The position numbers and the translations under genes were made by a program. A stretch of DNA of 64,000 nt, from contig JBJKYD010000010.1 of assembly GCA_045561295.1 (NCBI GenBank), positions 92,125-156,124 on the forward strand, given 5' to 3'. Positions within the stretch are counted from its first letter, which is position 1. Every line of letters begins with the position of its first letter. This document shows positions 46,585 through 58,579 of this stretch, one piece after another. Source of the stretch: Gammaproteobacteria bacterium. Its GTDB lineage: Bacteria > Pseudomonadota > Gammaproteobacteria > GCA-002705445 > GCA-002716945. The notes beneath the pieces were generated by a model that was given only the letters and a program-made list of their open reading frames with translations, made no database searches and had not been told where the DNA came from.

Positions 46585-46938
46585 TTACTCGGATAACAGC
46601 ACATATGCTACAGGTGATGCGTCCCCAAGCTTATGTCCTTTCTTTAAAACTCTTAGATAACCGCCTGGTCTACTTTTGAATCTTGGACCAAGAACCTCAA
46701 AAAGTTTTTTAACAATTCTTTTATCTCCAATTCTTGAATATGCTAACCTTCTTCTCATTAGAGTATCATTTTTTGCGAGAGTAATTAATGGTTCAGCAGT
46801 TCTTCTAAGCTCTTTAGCTTTTGCCAAGGATGTTTCAATATGTTCATGATCAAATAATGATATAGCCATATTTTTGAACATAGCTTTTCTGTGAGATGAA
46901 TTTCTATTTAGTTGTCTGCCTGATTTCTTATGTCGCAT
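46585..46938 (-). CDS. rplQ: 50S ribosomal protein L17
   Basis: [20 protein letters not shown] and RPGGYLR. Confidence 0.97.
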   Translation of the reverse strand: MRHKKSGRQLNRNSSHRKAMFKNMAISLFDHEHIETSLAKAKELRRTAEPLITLAKNDTLMRRRLAYSRIGDKRIVKKLFEVLGPRFKSRPGGYLRVLKKGHKLGDASPVAYVLLSE

Positions 46939-47921
46939 TATCTTTTTTCAATATTCTTTGGTGGCCAATCTTCTATCGTTTGACCAAGGGTTAAACTATG
47001 AGTTGATAATACATCTTTTATTTCTGTTAGTGATTTTTTACCAAGGTTAGGAGTTTTTAGTAGCTCGTTTTCACTCCTTTGAACCAAATCACCTATGTAG
47101 TGAATATTTTCTGCTTTCAAACAATTTGCAGATCTTACTGTTAACTCTAGATCATCGACGGGTCTTAATAAGACAGGATCAATGTGATTTTCGTCAATTT
47201 CATCTTGTGTATCATTCTTGATTTCTAAATGACTAAATACTTCTAATTGTTCTCTAAGAATTTTACCTGCTGTTCTTATTGCATCCTCAGGCTCAATTGT
47301 TTCATTTGTCTCAAGCTCAATGATTAGTTTATCTAAATCAGCTTTTTGTTTCACTCTAGCGTTGTCAACACTATATGAAACTTTCTCTACAGGTGTAAAT
47401 GAGGCATCAATCTGCATCTTGCCAATTCCTAAATCTTCTAACTCATTGAATTTTCTTTTTACTGCTGGCTGATAACCTTTGCCTTGAGAAATTGTGAGAT
47501 TAATTACAAGCTCAGTTTTTTCATTCGTCATATTTGCAATACAAAAATCTGGATTTTTAATCTCTAAGTTTGGGTGATCTTCTATATCAGATGCAAGAAC
47601 TGGTCCCTTACCTTTTTTTCTAAGCTCTACTTCAATCACATCTTTATCATGAAGGACTAAGGCTAGTTTTTTAATGTTTAACAAAATTTCTAAAACATCT
47701 TCTTGTACGCCGTCAATTGTACTGTATTCATGAAGGATGTTATCAATAGATACTTCAGTAACAGCACTGCCAGGCATAGATGATAATAGCACCCTTCTTA
47801 AGGCATTACCTAAAGTGTGGCCAAAACCTCTTTCCAATGGTTGTATTATAATTTTAGATTTTGAGTTTGAGATCATCTCAATGTCAACTAAGTTTGGTTT
47901 TAGAAATGTGATAGTGTTCAT
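46938..47921 (-). CDS. rpoA: RNA polymerase alpha subunit
   Basis: [16 protein letters not shown] and [14 protein letters not shown]. Confidence 0.98.
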   Translation of the reverse strand: MNTITFLKPNLVDIEMISNSKSKIIIQPLERGFGHTLGNALRRVLLSSMPGSAVTEVSIDNILHEYSTIDGVQEDVLEILLNIKKLALVLHDKDVIEVELRKKGKGPVLASDIEDHPNLEIKNPDFCIANMTNEKTELVINLTISQGKGYQPAVKRKFNELEDLGIGKMQIDASFTPVEKVSYSVDNARVKQKADLDKLIIELETNETIEPEDAIRTAGKILREQLEVFSHLEIKNDTQDEIDENHIDPVLLRPVDDLELTVRSANCLKAENIHYIGDLVQRSENELLKTPNLGKKSLTEIKDVLSTHSLTLGQTIEDWPPKNIEKR

Positions 47922-47931
47922 ATGTTACCTG

Positions 47932-48552
47932 CTATTTTGAGTATAATTCTACGATTAGTGATTCATTTATTTCTTTTGGAAGTTCGGACCTTTCTGGTAC
48001 TCTTAAATAAGTTGCTGTAAGGCTTTTTGAGTCGACATCAATCCAGTCACTTGAATTTCGAGTTTCTGCTACTGATAATGCAAACTGTATACGTGTTTGA
48101 TCTTTACTTTTTTGTCTTATCGATATCTTATCTGTTGCCTGAACTTGATATGACGGAATGTTAATTATGCTTCCGTTCACTTCTATATTCTTGTGATTAA
48201 CAAGCTGCCTTGATTCTGCTCTAGTTGATCCAAAACCTGATCTATATACAACATTGTCTAGTCTAGACTCTAAATATGTAAGAAGGTTTTCACCAGTAGA
48301 GCCTTTTTTACTTGCAGATTTTTTATAATAATTTCTGAATTGCTTTTCGAGGATGCCATATAATCTTTTTACTTTTTGTTTCTCCCTTAACTGCAGCGCG
48401 TAATCAGAAAGTTTTTCTCTACGTTCTCCAACAATTCCAGGTTTTCTGTCTAAGTTACATTTTGTATCGAGAGATCTTGATCCAGATTTCAAATACAAGT
48501 CAGTACCTTCACGTCTCATTAACTTACACTTTGATCCAGTAAATTTAGCCAT
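47932..48552 (-). CDS. rpsD: 30S ribosomal protein S4
   Basis: [18 protein letters not shown] and IVELYSK. Confidence 0.98.
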   Translation of the reverse strand: MAKFTGSKCKLMRREGTDLYLKSGSRSLDTKCNLDRKPGIVGERREKLSDYALQLREKQKVKRLYGILEKQFRNYYKKSASKKGSTGENLLTYLESRLDNVVYRSGFGSTRAESRQLVNHKNIEVNGSIINIPSYQVQATDKISIRQKSKDQTRIQFALSVAETRNSSDWIDVDSKSLTATYLRVPERSELPKEINESLIVELYSK

Positions 48553-48935
48553 CAGACTCTCCTCTTTTTAGGTGGTCTACACCCATTATGTGGCAAAGGG
48601 GTAATATCTTTGATATTTGTAATTTTATAACCGACACTATTTAGTGCTCTTACTGCTGAATCTCTTCCTGGTCCAGGGCCTTTGACAAGCACCTCTAAAC
48701 TTTTTATTCCAAATTCTATCGCTTTTTGACCTGCTTTTTCAGCAGCAATTTGCGCAGCAAATGGAGTACTTTTTCTTGAACCTCTAAAGCCAGAGCCGCC
48801 AGATGTTGCCCACGCTAATGTATTACCTTGTTTATCTGTAATAGTTACAATAGTGTTATTAAAAGATGCATTTATATGTGCAACACCTTCATTAACAATT
48901 TTTTTAACTTTTTTCTTTTTAGTTTTATTTACCAT
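48552..48935 (-). CDS. rpsK: 30S ribosomal protein S11
   Basis: [11 protein letters not shown] and [13 protein letters not shown]. Confidence 0.98.
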   Translation of the reverse strand: MVNKTKKKKVKKIVNEGVAHINASFNNTIVTITDKQGNTLAWATSGGSGFRGSRKSTPFAAQIAAEKAGQKAIEFGIKSLEVLVKGPGPGRDSAVRALNSVGYKITNIKDITPLPHNGCRPPKKRRV

Positions 48936-48936
48936 G

Positions 48937-49296
48937 TTATTTTGCTTTTAGTAATTTTCTTGGTCCTTTGCGTGTCCTACTATTATTTTTTGTTTTTTGC
49001 CCTCTGAGAGGTAACCCTTTTCTGTGTCTTATGCCTCTGTACGATCCAATATCCATTAATCGTTTTATATTAATTGAATTTTCCCTTCTAAGGTCCCCTT
49101 CTAATTGGAACTCTTCGATAAACTGTCTAATTATCTCTAACTCTTTTTCTTCTAGGTCTTTTACTTTTTTAGTAGCTTGAATTCCTACTTTCTCGCAAAT
49201 CAGCTTTGCTCGAGTATCACCGATACCATAAACTGATGTCAATGCAATCCATATATGCTTATGATTCTGTAAGTTTATTCCTGCTATTCTTGCCAT
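48937..49296 (-). CDS. rpsM: 30S ribosomal protein S13
   Basis: MARIAGINL and [15 protein letters not shown]. Confidence 0.98.
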   Translation of the reverse strand: MARIAGINLQNHKHIWIALTSVYGIGDTRAKLICEKVGIQATKKVKDLEEKELEIIRQFIEEFQLEGDLRRENSINIKRLMDIGSYRGIRHRKGLPLRGQKTKNNSRTRKGPRKLLKAK

Positions 49297-49314
49297 ATTT
49301 ATCTCTGAGCGTAA

Positions 49315-49343
49315 ATTCTATATTTCATTAGTAATTAATACAA
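49315..49343 (-). promoter_or_regulatory. Alpha-operon promoter
   Basis: TTGTAT (49343-49338), 17 bp, TAGAAT (49320-49315). Confidence 0.7.
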
Positions 49344-49351
49344 CTAATATA

Positions 49352-49465
49352 TTATCCCTGCCTTTGTTTATGTCTAGGGTCTTTACATATGACCCTAACA
49401 ACACGATTTCTTCTAATTATTCTGCAGTTTCTGCACATTTTCTTGACCGAAGCTCTTACTTTCAT
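49352..49465 (-). CDS. rpmJ: 50S ribosomal protein L36, zinc-ribbon form (not in the ORF track)
   Basis: Manual translation [37 protein letters not shown]; ATGA overlap with the secY stop. Confidence 0.97.
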   Translation of the reverse strand: MKVRASVKKMCRNCRIIRRNRVVRVICKDPRHKQRQG

Positions 49466-50811
49466 CGTATTCCGCCTCCTATACCTCTAAGATTAGCTTT
49501 TTTCATCATACCTTCATATTGTTGAGACATGAGATGGGACTGAACTTGAGCCATCAAATCCATAACAACAACAACAACAATTAATAAAGATGTACCTCCA
49601 AAATAAAAAGGGACATTGAAATAAAGAATTAGAAATTCTGGCAACAGACAAACTCCCGTTATGTACATTGCTCCAACCGTAGTGAGTTTTGTAGTAATCC
49701 CATCAATATATTTTGCTGTTTGCTCTCCTGGTCTTATACCTGGAATGAATGCTCCAGATTTTTTCAAATTATCAGCTGTTTCTCTAGGATTAAAAACTAG
49801 TGCTGTATAAAAGAAACAGAAAAATATAATTGCCAAGGCATATAGTATTATATATGGTGGCTGACCTGGTGATAAGGTCATGGCGATTTTATTAATAATA
49901 CTATCCGGTGAACCTGCACTAGACCAACTTGCTATGGTTGCTGGAAATAAGATGATAGCAGATGCAAATATAGCTGGGATAACACCTGCCATATTAATTT
50001 TGAGTGGAAGAAAACTGCTTTGGGCAGCATACATTTTTCGTCCCTGCATTTTTCTCGCATAATTTATTGGTATCTTCCTTTGTCCACGCTCTATATAAAC
50101 GACAAACGCAGTTATGGCTAGCGCTAATATAAAGATAAGAATTACACTAAAATTTTGTATTTCTCCATTCCTTGCTAACTCAATTGTTCCTCCAATAGCA
50201 GATGGTAAGCCTGCTACAATACCTGCGAAAATAATAATAGATATTCCGTTGCCAATTCCTCTTTCTGTGATTTGTTCACCGAGCCAAATCAAAAACATTG
50301 TTCCAGTGACTAATGTAACTACACCAGTGATGAAAAAGCCTAAGCCAGGATCAAGTACTAGAGTTGTAGAAGATGTGTTTTGATTCATTAAAGCATTCAT
50401 TACGCCCATTGACTGAAGTAGTGCTAAAGCAAGCGTGAAGTATCTAGTATATTTTGTGATTGTCTTTCTTCCTCTTTCACCCTCTTTCCTCAGTTGTATC
50501 AAAGGTGCATATATATGTGTCATCATCTGTATAATAATAGAAGCAGATATATAAGGCATAACACCTAATGCAAAAATAGACATTCTCGATAGCGCGCCAC
50601 CCGAAAACATGTTGAACATATCCAAAATGCTCCCTCTTTGTTGCTCAAAAAGAAAACTCATTACAGCAGGATCTATACCAGGCAGTGTTATGAAGCTTCC
50701 CAATCTGAAAACTATTAATGCGAAGATTATAAATAATATTCTCTGTCTGATTTCAGATGATTTTGTTAAACCACCTAATCCTGGTGAGATGTTTGGAGTA
50801 GTTCTAGACAT
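49462..50811 (-). CDS. secY: Preprotein translocase subunit SecY
   Basis: [37 protein letters not shown] and FGGTSLLI motifs. Confidence 0.98.
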   Translation of the reverse strand: MSRTTPNISPGLGGLTKSSEIRQRILFIIFALIVFRLGSFITLPGIDPAVMSFLFEQQRGSILDMFNMFSGGALSRMSIFALGVMPYISASIIIQMMTHIYAPLIQLRKEGERGRKTITKYTRYFTLALALLQSMGVMNALMNQNTSSTTLVLDPGLGFFITGVVTLVTGTMFLIWLGEQITERGIGNGISIIIFAGIVAGLPSAIGGTIELARNGEIQNFSVILIFILALAITAFVVYIERGQRKIPINYARKMQGRKMYAAQSSFLPLKINMAGVIPAIFASAIILFPATIASWSSAGSPDSIINKIAMTLSPGQPPYIILYALAIIFFCFFYTALVFNPRETADNLKKSGAFIPGIRPGEQTAKYIDGITTKLTTVGAMYITGVCLLPEFLILYFNVPFYFGGTSLLIVVVVVMDLMAQVQSHLMSQQYEGMMKKANLRGIGGGIR

Positions 50812-51218
50812 TATTTAATGAACTCCATTACTGACTTGGTTGCTTGTACATCAATTAGTTTTTTCTTTGATGATACTGTGACTGGTCCGATTACTTTTAC
50901 CTTTGTAGCTTTGTTTTTAATTAGCTTATATTTCTTTAGTAACTCTATAGTTATCTCTGTTTCAGAGATTTTATCTAAATAGTCATATTTTAGTTCTACT
51001 GTATTTATGTTTTTCTTAGAAGTAAATCCAACTTTGGGTAGTCTTCTTTGAAGGGGCATTTGACCGCCCTCAAATCCAACTTGTACTTTACCGCCTGTAC
51101 GAGATTTTTGACCTTTATGACCTCTACCACAAGTTTTACCTGTTCCAGATGCCATTCCTCTACCAACTCTTTTTTTGGTATGTTTAGATTCTCGTTTCAA
51201 TTTAATTTCATTAAGCAT
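50811..51218 (-). CDS. rplO: 50S ribosomal protein L15
   Basis: [15 protein letters not shown] and [14 protein letters not shown]. Confidence 0.97.
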   Translation of the reverse strand: MLNEIKLKRESKHTKKRVGRGMASGTGKTCGRGHKGQKSRTGGKVQVGFEGGQMPLQRRLPKVGFTSKKNINTVELKYDYLDKISETEITIELLKKYKLIKNKATKVKVIGPVTVSSKKKLIDVQATKSVMEFIK

Positions 51219-51222
51219 TTTT

Positions 51223-51408
51223 CTACTCTTTTATTTGGTCTATGCTGACCATATGTTTCACTGTATTTATCATTCCAAGATTTTCAGGAGTTGCCTCAAT
51301 TATTTTAGAATCTCTTATTCTTCTTAATCCTAGTCCTTTTATGCATGCTATCTGTTTTTTGGTTTTGCCAATTAAACTAAGCTTTTGCGATATTCTGATT
51401 TTTTTCAT
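51223..51408 (-). CDS. rpmD: 50S ribosomal protein L30
   Basis: GLGLRRI and TPENLGMI; position between rpsE and rplO. Confidence 0.95.
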   Translation of the reverse strand: MKKIRISQKLSLIGKTKKQIACIKGLGLRRIRDSKIIEATPENLGMINTVKHMVSIDQIKE

Positions 51409-51416
51409 AATATACT

Positions 51417-51908
51417 TTATAACTCGCTAGTTTTTTTGCCTCTTTTTAGAGCAACTTGTGCAGGATAGTACATAGATTCTAGACCTTTTACTGTTGCTTT
51501 AACTACGTTTATAGGATTTGTAGAACCAATACTTTTTGCTAATACATTATGTATACCTGTTGCTTCAAATACTGCTCTCATTGCACCACCGGCAATTACC
51601 CCTGTACCTTCTGCAGCTGGTTGCATGTATACTTTAGCTGAACCATGTTCATGTGTAATTGCATGATGGAGTGTTCCTTTTTTTAAGGACACTGACACCA
51701 TACTTTTCTTAGCTTTTTCCATTGCTTTTTGAATAGCTATAGGTACTTCTTTAGCTTTACCATAACCGTAGCCAACTCTTCCATGCCCATCACCAACAAC
51801 TGTGAGGGCAGTAAAACCAAACTGTCTCCCTCCTTTTACAACCTTAGCTACACGATTCACAGCCACAAGTTTTTCGATATAATCTGAATTTCGTTCTTCT
51901 GATGCCAT
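51417..51908 (-). CDS. rpsE: 30S ribosomal protein S5
   Basis: [11 protein letters not shown] and GTGVIAGG. Confidence 0.98.
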   Translation of the reverse strand: MASEERNSDYIEKLVAVNRVAKVVKGGRQFGFTALTVVGDGHGRVGYGYGKAKEVPIAIQKAMEKAKKSMVSVSLKKGTLHHAITHEHGSAKVYMQPAAEGTGVIAGGAMRAVFEATGIHNVLAKSIGSTNPINVVKATVKGLESMYYPAQVALKRGKKTSEL

Positions 51909-52270
51909 TATATTTTTACTCCGTTTTCTCTAAGCGCTTCTGCAACAGCTTTGATTCTTCCATGATACCTGTAGCCAGACCTATCAAAAGCGACATTAGT
52001 TATTTTTGCTTTTTTGATATATGCAGCCATTTTAGTACCTACTCCTTTTGCGCTTTCAATATTATTAGCTTTAGTTTTATTACTTTTTTGATTAGTGGAA
52101 ATAGTGGTAATAACTTTATCACCTGCTGGAGATATTAATTGCAGATACATATGCTGTATCGATCTATGCACACTAATCCTATGATTACCTGAATCACTAA
52201 TCTTAGCTCTCGTCTTTGTAGCTCTTCTAATTCTTTGATCATTTTTATTTTTCAAATTAGCTCTTATCAT
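51908..52270 (-). CDS. rplR: 50S ribosomal protein L18
   Basis: [23 protein letters not shown]. Confidence 0.97.
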   Translation of the reverse strand: MIRANLKNKNDQRIRRATKTRAKISDSGNHRISVHRSIQHMYLQLISPAGDKVITTISTNQKSNKTKANNIESAKGVGTKMAAYIKKAKITNVAFDRSGYRYHGRIKAVAEALRENGVKI

Positions 52271-52791
52271 TTTTTCTTAGCCTCTTTTTTGACTATCTCT
52301 TCATCAGAATATTTAATACCTTTGCCTTTGTATGGCTCAGGTGGTCTGACAGACCTAATATCTGCTGCAACTTGTCCAACTTGTTGCTTATCAACGCCCG
52401 AAATTACAATTTCAGTTTGAGAAGGGGTTTCTATACTTATACCTTTAGGTATTTCAAAATGAACTGGATGAGAATATCCAACTGTTAATTCAACTTTAAG
52501 CTTATCTGCTTTTGCTCTATAACCAACACCAACTAATAATAATTTCTTTTCCCAACCTTTGGATACGCCAGTGACCATGTTTGATATCAACGATCGTGTT
52601 GTTCCGCTCATTGCTGTAGATTCAGATTTTGTTGATACCTTAATAAGGTTATCTGATTGCTCCACCATTACATCACTCGGTTTAATAAATTCTAGAGAGC
52701 CTTTTGGCCCTTGAATATTTATTACATCATCTTTTAAATCAAATTTTACATCTGATATCAGTTCAATTGGTTTGCTAGCTATCTTCGACAT
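52267..52791 (-). CDS. rplF: 50S ribosomal protein L6 (start at MSKIASKP)
   Basis: GVGYRA and RPPEPYKGKGIKY. Confidence 0.97.
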   Translation of the reverse strand: MSKIASKPIELISDVKFDLKDDVINIQGPKGSLEFIKPSDVMVEQSDNLIKVSTKSESTAMSGTTRSLISNMVTGVSKGWEKKLLLVGVGYRAKADKLKVELTVGYSHPVHFEIPKGISIETPSQTEIVISGVDKQQVGQVAADIRSVRPPEPYKGKGIKYSDEEIVKKEAKKK

Positions 52792-52795
52792 AGTT

Positions 52796-53188
52796 TTAAG
52801 AGATATAACAAATAATCTCTCCTCCATATTTTTTCTCTTTTGCTACCTTTCCGGTCATCAAACCTTGAGATGTTGAGACTATACATATCCCAAGTCCGTT
52901 TTTCACTAAAGGTATCTCATTTGAAGATTTATAAATTCTTAAACCAGGTCGACTTACTCTTTGAATAAGATCAATTACAGGCTTGCCGTCATAATATTTT
53001 AAGTCAACTATGATATTTTTGTATTCGTTTTCTTCTATGTTAATTCCTTCTATGTAGCCTTCTTCAAGCATAACCTTACAAAGGGCCTCTTTCATTTTAG
53101 AATAAGGTATCGTAACTTGTTCTTTATTTGACATTTGACCATTACGTATTCTTGTTAGCAAATCAGAAATTGTGTCATTCATACTCAT
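52796..53188 (-). CDS. rpsH: 30S ribosomal protein S8
   Basis: DLLTRIRNGQ, VSRPGLRIY and GGEIICY. Confidence 0.98.
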   Translation of the reverse strand: MSMNDTISDLLTRIRNGQMSNKEQVTIPYSKMKEALCKVMLEEGYIEGINIEENEYKNIIVDLKYYDGKPVIDLIQRVSRPGLRIYKSSNEIPLVKNGLGICIVSTSQGLMTGKVAKEKKYGGEIICYIS

Positions 53189-53193
53189 AGTGT

Positions 53194-53499
53194 TTACCAG
53201 CTTGCCTTTGTTAGTCCAGGAATCAAGCCTTGCATTGCCATCTCCCTTAATTTAGTCCTACCCAATGTAAATTTTCTATACACACCTCTTGGTCTACCGG
53301 TAAGTGCGCATCTGTTACGCTTTCTTACTGCAAGAGCATTTAAAGGAATCTTTTGAAGCTTAGTTCTTAAAGCGATAGACTCTTCAACGCTTGTATTTTT
53401 ATCTTTCAATTTATCTTTAATCATATTAATTTTAGTAAGATATTTTTTATTAAGTTTTTCTCTCTTTTTCTCTCTCTCAATCATGGATAATTTAGCCAT
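53194..53499 (-). CDS. rpsN: 30S ribosomal protein S14, 101-aa form
   Basis: [12 protein letters not shown] and PGLTKASW. Confidence 0.97.
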   Translation of the reverse strand: MAKLSMIEREKKREKLNKKYLTKINMIKDKLKDKNTSVEESIALRTKLQKIPLNALAVRKRNRCALTGRPRGVYRKFTLGRTKLREMAMQGLIPGLTKASW

Positions 53500-53500
53500 A

Positions 53501-54037
53501 TTATTTAAATGGAAAGTTAAATTGTTTAAATAACTCCATTGCCTCCTCGTTGTTCTTCGCGGTTGTAGTGATGCATATGTCCAACCCCTTGATTTTATCT
53601 ATTTTATCAAAATCAATTTCAGGAAAAATTATATGTTCCTTAACGCCCATTGTGTAGTTACCTCTCCCGTCAAAAGATTTATCGCTATAACCTCTAAAGT
53701 CTCTCGTCCTAGGTAGTGAAATTTTAATGAGCTTTTCAAAAAAATCGTACATCATTTGATTTCTAAGAGTAACTTTACATCCTATAGGCATACCCTCTCT
53801 TAATTTAAAATTCGCAATTGATTTTTTTGCATATGTTAATACAGCTTTCTGTCCTGAGATTTGTGTTAACTCCTCTTGTGCTTTTTCTAAAATCTTCTTG
53901 TCAGCAATAGCTGATCCTAAGCCCATGTTTAGTGTTATCTTAACTAAACGAGGCGCTTGCATATTAGACTTAAAACTAAATCTTTCCATTAATGCTGGTA
54001 CTACATTTTCCTGGTAATATTCTTTATATGTATTCAT
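53501..54037 (-). CDS. rplE: 50S ribosomal protein L5
   Basis: [16 protein letters not shown] and SFDGRGNY. Confidence 0.98.
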   Translation of the reverse strand: MNTYKEYYQENVVPALMERFSFKSNMQAPRLVKITLNMGLGSAIADKKILEKAQEELTQISGQKAVLTYAKKSIANFKLREGMPIGCKVTLRNQMMYDFFEKLIKISLPRTRDFRGYSDKSFDGRGNYTMGVKEHIIFPEIDFDKIDKIKGLDICITTTAKNNEEAMELFKQFNFPFK

Positions 54038-54354
54038 TAGATATCTATTACCTCTCTATTTGATTTATAAATCCTTACTTTTTTACCAGACTCTAGAGTT
54101 TTGAATCCGACTCTATCTTGTTTTTTAGTTACGGGATTAAATATCATAATATTAGATATTTCAATTGGCATCTCTTTTTCCATAATGCCACCTTCAACAC
54201 CGGCATTTGGGTTTGGTTTTGTATGTTTTTTTGCCATATTAATTGCTGATACGATACATTTATCATTGTCTAGTAGGCGAACAACCTCGCCTTTTTTTCC
54301 TTTATCTTTTCCAGAAATTACAATCACAGAATCGCCTTTTTTTATTTTATTCAT
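54037..54354 (-). CDS. rplX: 50S ribosomal protein L24
   Basis: KOW motif [16 protein letters not shown]. Confidence 0.97.
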   Translation of the reverse strand: MNKIKKGDSVIVISGKDKGKKGEVVRLLDNDKCIVSAINMAKKHTKPNPNAGVEGGIMEKEMPIEISNIMIFNPVTKKQDRVGFKTLESGKKVRIYKSNREVIDI

Positions 54355-54722
54355 TATAAAACCTCCGGCGCTAGAGAGATAATTTTCATAAAGGTTAAAT
54401 CTCTTAATTCTCTTGTCACAGGTCCGAATATTCTAGTACCTAAGGGTTCTAGTTTATTGTCTAATAGAACAACTGCATTACTATCAAATCTTATCAGTGA
54501 ACCATCAGGTCTTCTCACACCTTTTTTAGTTCTTACGATTACCGCATTATAGACTTCACCTTTTTTTACTTTTGCTTTTGGGATGGCATCTTTTACCGCA
54601 ACTTTAATAACATCTCCGACTGATGCAAATCTTCTATGTGAGCCGCCAAGAACTTTAATGCACATAACTTTTCTGGCACCGCTATTATCTGCTGACTTAA
54701 GTATTGTTTGCATTTGTATCAT
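54354..54722 (-). CDS. rplN: 50S ribosomal protein L14 (start at MIQMQT)
   Basis: [25 protein letters not shown] and SLAPEVL. Confidence 0.98.
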   Translation of the reverse strand: MIQMQTILKSADNSGARKVMCIKVLGGSHRRFASVGDVIKVAVKDAIPKAKVKKGEVYNAVIVRTKKGVRRPDGSLIRFDSNAVVLLDNKLEPLGTRIFGPVTRELRDLTFMKIISLAPEVL

Positions 54723-54726
54723 TTTT

Positions 54727-54972
54727 TTATCCTTGATCCTCAACTAGGACCCATGTTTTTGTCTTAGATATAGGTCTGCATTGTTTGATCTTAATTACAT
54801 CGCCAACTGAACATATATTATTTTCATCATGGATATGATATTTTGTTGATCTCTTAATGTATTTACCATTAACAGGGTGCTTAACAAGTCTTTCAACACT
54901 TACTACAGCTGATTTGTTCATCTGAGTTTTTATAACTTTTGCAGTCATCGTTTTTTTCGTTTTATTTTCCAT
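54727..54972 (-). CDS. rpsQ: 30S ribosomal protein S17
   Basis: [20 protein letters not shown] and RPISKTK. Confidence 0.97.
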   Translation of the reverse strand: MENKTKKTMTAKVIKTQMNKSAVVSVERLVKHPVNGKYIKRSTKYHIHDENNICSVGDVIKIKQCRPISKTKTWVLVEDQG

Positions 54973-55159
54973 TATTCATCTCTTTCAATACTGTTTTCAC
55001 TCTCGCAATACTAACCTTATTTTCTCTGAAAAGATGTGGTTTTGGATTAAGTCCAGATCCTCTCTTAATTCTGAGTGAAAATCTCTCTTTTGCAAGATCA
55101 TCAAGAACTTGTTGCAGTTCTACTTGATTCTTTTTTCTTAATTCATCCATCTTTATCAT
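54962..55159 (-). CDS. rpmC: 50S ribosomal protein L29
   Basis: ELR, FSLR and IARVKT; position in the S10 operon. Confidence 0.94.
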   Translation of the reverse strand: MIKMDELRKKNQVELQQVLDDLAKERFSLRIKRGSGLNPKPHLFRENKVSIARVKTVLKEMNNGK

Positions 55160-55569
55160 AATGCTGTCCTAGATACGAATGTGGTTAAAACAGGCAGCTT
55201 TGCAGCTGCTAGTCGAAATGCTTCTCTTGCAATCTCTTCTGTTACGCCTTCCATTTCGTACAAAACTTTACCTGGTTGAACTTTAGAAACCCAGTATTCA
55301 ACATTTCCTTTTCCTTTACCCATTCTTACTTCAATCGGCTTTTTAGTTATAGGAACATCTGGGAATATTCTTATCCAAATCTTACCGCCACGTTTAATGT
55401 ATCTTGTCATTGCTCTTCTAGCCGCTTCTATTTGCCTTGCTGTTACTCTTCCTCGAGTTGTCGCTTTAAGGCCAAATTCACCAAAACTCACTTTCGCGCC
55501 TGAAGTAGCAAATCCTCTAAGTCGCCCTTTTTGTTGTTTTCTAAATTTTGTTTTTTTTGGTTGTAACAT
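55156..55569 (-). CDS. rplP: 50S ribosomal protein L16
   Basis: [11 protein letters not shown] and RMGKGKG. Confidence 0.98.
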   Translation of the reverse strand: MLQPKKTKFRKQQKGRLRGFATSGAKVSFGEFGLKATTRGRVTARQIEAARRAMTRYIKRGGKIWIRIFPDVPITKKPIEVRMGKGKGNVEYWVSKVQPGKVLYEMEGVTEEIAREAFRLAAAKLPVLTTFVSRTAL

Positions 55570-56243
55570 TATTTATTCTTTTTATTTGTTTTTTTATTCA
55601 TATCTTCATGAATTTCATCTTCTACGTATATCCACACTTTCACACCTATAATTCCATATGTTGTTAAGGCTTCAGCAAAACCATAATCAATGGCAGCATC
55701 TAATGTATGAAGAGGAACTCTCCCTTCTCTATACCACTCACTTCTTGCTATTTCTGCGCCATTAAGTCTGCCAGCCACATTTACTTTAATCCCCAATGCT
55801 CCCAGTCTCATAGTATTAGTGACTGCTCTTTTCATTGCCCTTCTGTACATGATTCTGCGTTCTAGCTGTTGAGTAATACCCTCAGCAACAAGCTGTGCGT
55901 CTAACTCAGGTTTTTTAATTTCTTTGACATTGACTTTAACCATCGACTTTTCAACTTTCAATATCGATGATATTTTTGTTCTAAATTTCTCAATATCTTC
56001 GCCTTTTTTGCCAATAACTATTCCGGGGCGGGAAGTATAAATAGTAATGACTGCTTCTTTTGTAGGTCTTTCAATAACTATCTTACTAACTGATGCATTT
56101 TTTAATTCTGTTTTAAGATAATCACGTATGCGATGATCTTCCAATAGATAGGTAGAGAAATCCTTGCTATTAGCATACCACTTAGATGAATAATCAGTTG
56201 ATATCCCTAATCTAAAGCCTGTTGGATGTACCTTTTGTCCCAT
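55569..56243 (-). CDS. rpsC: 30S ribosomal protein S3
   Basis: [23 protein letters not shown] and GRVPLHTL. Confidence 0.98.
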   Translation of the reverse strand: MGQKVHPTGFRLGISTDYSSKWYANSKDFSTYLLEDHRIRDYLKTELKNASVSKIVIERPTKEAVITIYTSRPGIVIGKKGEDIEKFRTKISSILKVEKSMVKVNVKEIKKPELDAQLVAEGITQQLERRIMYRRAMKRAVTNTMRLGALGIKVNVAGRLNGAEIARSEWYREGRVPLHTLDAAIDYGFAEALTTYGIIGVKVWIYVEDEIHEDMNKKTNKKNK

Positions 56244-56584
56244 TATTTCTCCTCTTTGTCACTAACTACGATTGTAATATGACTTGTTCTTTTTAAAATC
56301 TGATTTACCCTTCCTCTCGCTCTAGGTCTGTGTCTTTTACCATAAGGTCCCTCGTCCACGAGAACATTTGTAACAACCAATTCATCTAAATCACTAGAAT
56401 TATTATGCTCAGCATTAGCGACTGCTGATTCTAAAACTTTTAAGATCAGTTGGGAAGCTTTCTTATTACTATAATTTAAAAATTCAAAAGCTTTATTAAC
56501 CGGCAGGCCTCTTACGGCATCAGCTACTAATCTACATTTCTGGGCAGATATTTTTTGATATTTTAAAACAGCTTGAGTATTCAT
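56243..56584 (-). CDS. rplV: 50S ribosomal protein L22
   Basis: [25 protein letters not shown] and TSHITIVV. Confidence 0.98.
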   Translation of the reverse strand: MNTQAVLKYQKISAQKCRLVADAVRGLPVNKAFEFLNYSNKKASQLILKVLESAVANAEHNNSSDLDELVVTNVLVDEGPYGKRHRPRARGRVNQILKRTSHITIVVSDKEEK

Positions 56585-56587
56585 CTT

Positions 56588-56864
56588 CTATCCTTTTGCC
56601 TTCCTGTCGCCTGAATGTCCTTTAAAAACTCTAGTGGGAGAAAATTCACCAAGCTTATGGCCAATCATGTTCTCTGTAATGTAAACAGGTACGTGCTGTT
56701 TACCATTGTGCACAGCAATAGTCAGTCCGATCATATCTGGAGAAATCATAGATCTTCTTGACCATGTTTTAATTGGTTTTTTTATCGTTCTCAGATAGAG
56801 CTTTATCAACTTTCGCTTGTAAGTGATCATCGATGAATGGTCCTTTTTTTAATGATCTAGCCAC
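56588..56864 (-). CDS. rpsS: 30S ribosomal protein S19 with a one-base homopolymer insertion
   Basis: GTG at 56864 gives [29 protein letters not shown]; removing one T from the T7 run at 56777-56783 joins it to PIKTWSRRS...[11 protein letters not shown] (91 aa). Confidence 0.95.
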
Positions 56865-56866
56865 AT

Positions 56867-57702
56867 TTATTTCCTATTCTTATTAACTCTTCTTCTGACA
56901 ATTAAATTGTCAGTTCTTTTATTTGATCTAGTTTTATAACCTTTTGTTGGTGTTCCCCATGGTGATACAGGATCACGGCCACCAGAAGTTTTCCCTTCAC
57001 CGCCTCCATGTGGATGGTCTATAGGGTTCATAGCTACTCCACGAACAGTAGGTCGAACGCCCAGCCATCTTTTCGCACCAGCCTTACCATGTTTTTGTAG
57101 ATTGTGTTCACTATTTCCAACTTCACCAATTGTAGCTCTGCATGTTTTAAATATTTTTCTGGTTTCACCTGATTTAAGCCTTAATGTTGCATAATCTCCA
57201 TCTATAGCAACTATTTGAGCGACTGTACCAGCGCTTCTTGCTATTTGTGCACCTTTTCCAGGTTTCATCTCAATACAATGTACTTGCGTGCCTACAGGAA
57301 TATTAATTAATGGAAGTGTGTTGCCAATATTAATAGACGATTGCTCGCCAGATATAATTTTATCACCTGTACTTAGATTTTTAGGGGCTATTATGTATCT
57401 TCTTTCGCCATCCGCATACAAAAGTAATGCGATATTCGCATTTCTATTAGGATCATACTCTAGTCTTTCTACAGTTGCAGGAATATTATCTTTATTTCTC
57501 TTAAAATCAATTATTCTATACCTTTTTTTATGACCTCCCCAATATGTCTAGTAGTTATTCTACCTTGATTATTACGTCCGCCACTTTTATTTAATTTTGC
57601 AAGTAATGGTTCATAAGGCTCGCCTTTATGTAGGTATTTGTTGGAGACTTTTACTCTGAATCTTCTTCCTGGTGAAGTTGGTTTTGATTTTACAATAGTC
57701 AT
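56867..57702 (-). CDS. rplB: 50S ribosomal protein L2 with a one-base homopolymer deletion
   Basis: KPTSPGRR...GRITTRHIG in one frame and [13 protein letters not shown] in another; adding one C to the run at 57537-57540 restores RHIGGGHK (278 aa). Confidence 0.96.
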
Positions 57703-58004
57703 TTTGTAGTCTCTTCCTCACCATAATTAATATCAAAACCCTCTTGAAGTCTGACATAAGCTTTTTTCCAGTCCTTTCTTTTACCGAAAGTTCGACCAAC
57801 TCTTGTAAGTTTGCCTTGAACATTCATTAGCCTTACACTTTTCACTTTAACATCGAACATAAGTTCGACTGCTTTTTTAACTTCAGGTTTTGTTGCATCT
57901 TTTAATACTGAAAATACATGCTGGTTATCAATATCAGCTCTCATAGTAGCTTTTTCAGAAATCCTTGGGCTCACAATTATATTTGTTAACCTTTGCGTAT
58001 TCAT
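57699..58004 (-). CDS. rplW: 50S ribosomal protein L23
   Basis: PRISEKA and WKKAYVRL. Confidence 0.97.
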   Translation of the reverse strand: MNTQRLTNIIVSPRISEKATMRADIDNQHVFSVLKDATKPEVKKAVELMFDVKVKSVRLMNVQGKLTRVGRTFGKRKDWKKAYVRLQEGFDINYGEEETTK

Positions 58005-58579
58005 AATGTAGTTGCCTTTTTTATATGCTCAAGTACGTCACTATCAATAACTACATTTTCATGCTTCATTAATATGTGTGGGTTCATATCTTTGTGATCT
58101 ATAACAGTAATATTCTTAATATTTCGTAGAGCAAAGAATGCATTTTCATTTACAAGGGATGTAATAAATAATGCATTAGTTATTTTTAGACTATCCAAGA
58201 GGTTTTTTCCAAGCTTTGTTTTTTTATCAGAGAATTTTAATTTATCAGATAAGTGTAATCGTTCTCTTTTAAGAAGTTCATTAAATATACAATTCAATGC
58301 TCCCTTATACATTTTTTTATTAATTTTTTTATTATAATCTTTTGGTTGTGCAGCAAATGTAACACCACCTGTTCTCCATATAGGGCTTCTTGTTGTCCCA
58401 GCTCTTGCTCTACCAGAACCTTTTTGTGGTCTAGGTTTAGCGCCACCTCCACTAACAGCTGATCTATTTTTTTGAGCTTTTGTGCCACTTCGTTGATTAG
58501 CCATATAATCAGTTGTAACTTGATGCACTAAAGCCTCATTGAACTCTTTTGTAAAAATTTTTGTTAGTTCAATGCTCAT
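58001..58579 (-). CDS. rplD: 50S ribosomal protein L4
   Basis: RSAVSGGGAKPRPQKGSGRARAG and GGVTFAAQP. Confidence 0.97.
   Translation of the reverse strand: MSIELTKIFTKEFNEALVHQVTTDYMANQRSGTKAQKNRSAVSGGGAKPRPQKGSGRARAGTTRSPIWRTGGVTFAAQPKDYNKKINKKMYKGALNCIFNELLKRERLHLSDKLKFSDKKTKLGKNLLDSLKITNALFITSLVNENAFFALRNIKNITVIDHKDMNPHILMKHENVVIDSDVLEHIKKATTL

Noticed and set aside
40416-54743. N-terminal extensions in the ORF track for corC (40427), rplF (52827) and rplN (54743)
   Set aside because: They overlap upstream genes, and downstream ATGs give the conserved N-termini.
56588-57702. Programmed frameshifting or pseudogenisation of rpsS and rplB
   Set aside because: These are essential, otherwise intact genes with single indels in homopolymers; sequencing error is the simpler explanation.
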